DNA from: Squalus acanthias
Lineage: Eukaryota
Length of the DNA: 64,000 nt
NCBI GenBank assembly: GCA_030390025.1
Contig: CM059425.1
Coordinates: 174,408,001-174,472,000, forward strand
Direction of reading: 5' to 3'
Position numbers and translations under genes: made by a program
The notes under the pieces: model-generated
Told to the model about the DNA's origin: nothing
Seen by the model: the letters and a program-made list of their open reading frames with translations, nothing else
Databases searched by the model: none
Shown: in pieces, positions 61,501 to 64,000 of the stretch
Numbering within the stretch: position 1 is the first letter of the stretch
Layout of the letters: each line of letters begins with the position of its first letter

Positions 61501-61750
61501 CGCATGGGAACACCACCACCTCCAAGTCACACACCATCCTGACTTAGAAGTATATCGCCGATCCTTCATCGTCACTGGGTCAAAATCCTGGAACTCCCTA
61601 CCTGACAGCACTGTGGGAGTACCTTCGCCACACGGACTGCAGCGGTTCAAGAAGGCGGCTCACCACCACCTTCTCGAGGGCAATTAGGGATGGGCAATAA
61701 ATGCTGGCATTGCCAGCGATGCCCACATCCCATAAACTAATAAAACAAAA
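58580..61750 (+). mobile_element. Full-length ORF1-less EN+RT LINE (CR1/Jockey group, most like CR1-Zenon type) with a tRNA-derived 5' head
   Basis: AGGAGG TSD (58574-79, 61751-56); A-box TAGCGTAGCGG; EN LLTNV*GL, PDIVILTES, TYRP, GDFN, SDH; RT GVPQGSVLGP, FADD; 3' hairpin and A-rich tail. Confidence 0.9.
58586..58660 (+). promoter_or_regulatory. tRNA-like internal Pol III promoter
   Basis: A-box TRGCNNARYGG exact match at 58586-58596; anticodon-like arm CTGGG-CTAGTAA-TCCAG at 58605-58621; eroded B-box GAGTTC(..)CCAC near 58649-58658. Confidence 0.7.
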
Positions 61751-62212
61751 AGGAGGCTCGTGTGGAGCATAAACGCCGGCATAGACTGGTTGGGCTGAAT
61801 GGCCTGTTTCTGTGCCATATATCGTATGTCCACCACATACATCTGGCCCATTGGATTACAATAATAGCAGCTCACCCTGGGATTCTTCACTCGCAAACAG
61901 TCCTGTGTTCTGAGCATCACCGTGTCCATGGTTGCACTATTGGTTTTAAATGTCACGCATTGCTTTCTGAAGGATAACGGTATTCACCTGTGTTTCTGTG
62001 GGGTTTCAAGAGGTACTGAATAATTATTCAAATAAGGAACACTAGATCTAGAGAGGAATCAGGCAGATCAGGACATGGAGGTTAACCAGAAGGAATATGA
62101 ATTCTACTATGGACACATATCAGTAAAGGTAACTAATCTGTCAGATAACTTACACATTCAGTGCCCATACAGAGGTGTTGAGCATATTTGTAAGTATATT
62201 CACTTTTAAAAA

Positions 62213-62390
62213 AGACTTGCATTTAAATAGCGCCTTTCACAACCACTGGACATCTCAAAGCACTTTACAGCACTCCCTCAGTACTGCACCGGAGTGTCAG
62301 CCTAGATTTTTGTGCTCAAGTCTCTAGAGTGGGACTCACAACCTTCTGACTCAAAGGCAAGGGTGCTACCAACTGAGCCACAAGCTGACA
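62213..62390 (-). mobile_element. Internally deleted DeuSINE
   Basis: Tail fused to cagcactccctcagtactgcac...accttctgactca...ctgagccac, as in 43300-43722. Confidence 0.8.
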
Positions 62391-62419
62391 AACTTTTGGA
62401 GTAACCTATTTTGAATTGT

Positions 62420-63830
62420 AATCAGTAACAGATCTGACAATATCTTAAGGGAAAGGGGTTGGGAAGAGACCACGTGTGACCACTGCTGCATAAACAACTC
62501 TTAACTTTTAATTTAGTGAGGACAAAATTAGGATTTGGCTGTGTTGCCTTTCACAGCTTAATTTTTTTTTATTCGCTTATGGGATCTGGGCGTCGCTGGC
62601 AAGGCCAGCATTTATTGCCCATCCCTAGTTGCCCTTGAGAAGGTGGTGGTGAGCCGCCGCCTTGAACAGCTGCAGTCCGTGTGGTGAAGGTACTCCCACA
62701 ATGCTGTTAGGTAGGGACTTCCAGGATTTTGACCCAGCGACGATGAAGGATCGGCGATATATTTCTAAGTCAGGATGGTGTGTGACTTGGAGGGGAACTT
62801 GGAGGTGGTGTTCCCATGCGCCTGCTGCCCTTGTACTTCGAGGTGGAAGAGGTCGCGGGTTTGGGAGGTGCTGCCGAAGAAGCCTTGGCGAATTGCTGCA
62901 GTGCATCTTGTACACATTGCAGCCACGGTATGCCGGTGGTGGAGGGAGTGAATGTTTAAGGTGGTGGATGGGGTGCCAATCAAGCAGGCTGCTTTGTCCT
63001 GTATGGTGTCGAGCTTCTTGAGTGTTGTGGGAGCTGCACTCATCCAGGCAAGTGGAAAGTATTCCATCACACTCCTTACTTGTGCCTTGTAGATGGTAGA
63101 AAGGCTTTGGGGAGTCAGGAGGTGAGACACTCGCCACAGAATACCTAGCCTCTGACCTGCTCTTGTTGCCACAGTATTTATGTGGCTGGTCCAGTTAAGT
63201 TTCTGGTTAATGGTGACCCCCAGGATGTTGATAGTGGGTGATTCGGCAATGGTAATGCCATTGAATGTCAAGGGGAAGTGGTTAGACTCTTGCTTGTTGG
63301 AGATAGTCATTGCCTGGCACTTATGTGGCGCGAATGTTACCTGCCACTTATCAGCCCAAGCCTGAACGTCATCCAGGTCTTGTTGCATGCGGACATGGAC
63401 TGCTTCATTATCTGAGGAGTTGTGAATGGCGCTGAACACTGTGCAGTCATCAGCGAACATTCCCATTTCTGACCTTATGTTGGAGGGAAGTTCATTGATG
63501 AAGCAGCTGAAGATGGTTGGGCCTAGGACACTGCCCTGAGGAACTCCTGCAGGGATGTCCTGGGGCTGTGATGATTGACCTTCAACCACCACAACCATCT
63601 TCCTTTGTGCTAGGTATGACTCCAGCCAGTGGAGTGTTTTCCCCCTGATTCCCATTGACTTCAGTTTTACTAGGGCCTAAATTATCTACTGCCACTCAAT
63701 ATTTAGGTTCATGCGTGAAGCATGGCTACTAGGACTAGGAACTAGGCAGCTAGTGGCACAGAACGAACAATATCCCAGGATGAGTAAGTACTTTAAGGAC
63801 AGTATGGAAGAAAACTAGCAGAAAAGAAAT
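62420..63830 (+). mobile_element. Degenerate LF-SINE-like element split by a LINE
   Basis: gtgaggacaaaattaggatttggctgtgttgcc before the LINE and ccactcaatatttaggttcatgcgtgaagcatggctact after it. Confidence 0.5.
62560..63678 (-). mobile_element. 5'-truncated copy of the tRNA-headed LINE
   Basis: 296-aa ORF GVPQGSVLGP...FADD...MEYFPLAWMSAAP; poly-A tail at ~62562-62570. Confidence 0.93.
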
Positions 63831-64000
63831 CACAGACTAGACCTACCCAGTCCTCAACTTTTGTCAGAACAGATCAGAGCAGATTGGCAGCACTCAAACG
63901 ATTTTCAGATGTCACCAAAGAATCTGGAATGTCTATAGTCACTCTTTATATATTACAAGTATTCTTGGCTGCCTTGCCAAGAAAAAAAACCAAAACAGCT

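Larger units (their letters stand above)
48880..61822 (+). mobile_element. Originally full-length CR1 (5' UTR, ORF1, ORF2, 3' UTR) now split by four nested insertions; pieces at 48880-51300, 54508-54689, 55434-55620, 58091-58579, 61751-61822
   Basis: ORF1 from ATG 49236, MAGQVVCPDCSMWE...YACRRC (Zn finger/leucine zipper), with SGNH esterase VVIGDSIIRG and VHVATNDIG; EN domain VYRPP, MGDFN, SDHN; RT/UTR pieces are collinear across the insertions. Confidence 0.85.

Noticed and set aside
866..61822. Antisense orientation bias of CR1 copies
   Set aside because: About 8 plus versus 3 minus, with three of them nested; too few to be meaningful, and the bias is already well known.
43215..64000. The preceding EPB41L4A exon (ELGDYDP...IHKTLM) and, below 3507, the following exon (GRTALQ...)
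   Set aside because: Not found by eye; probably outside the window.

Overview
Eukaryotic (vertebrate) genomic DNA. It is most likely a cartilaginous fish, inferred from the HE1/V-SINE-, DeuSINE- and LF-SINE-like elements and the abundant CR1. The window is internal to one minus-strand gene, the FERM-domain gene EPB41L4A, of which five GT-AG coding exons are visible (43127-43214, 38602-38690, 38451-38514, 8561-8652, 3507-3590). They join in frame as (M)[138 protein letters not shown](S). The introns are dominated by decayed transposons: CR1, L2, RTE, Penelope-like, PIF/Harbinger elements and MITEs, Tc1/pogo MITEs, SINEs and two large minisatellites. Nearly all long ORFs in the track are TE fragments or repeat artefacts. 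The most notable observations are: (1) a full-length, TSD-flanked, ORF1-less EN+RT LINE whose 5' end is a tRNA(Thr-AGT)-like Pol III head; (2) a Penelope-like element with an intact minimal hammerhead ribozyme; (3) an RTE fragment with a 125-bp target duplication; (4) a Harbinger Myb gene with splice-compatible exons on the host strand; (5) a 13-kb nest of five elements. All family assignments come from motif recognition by eye; no database search was run.
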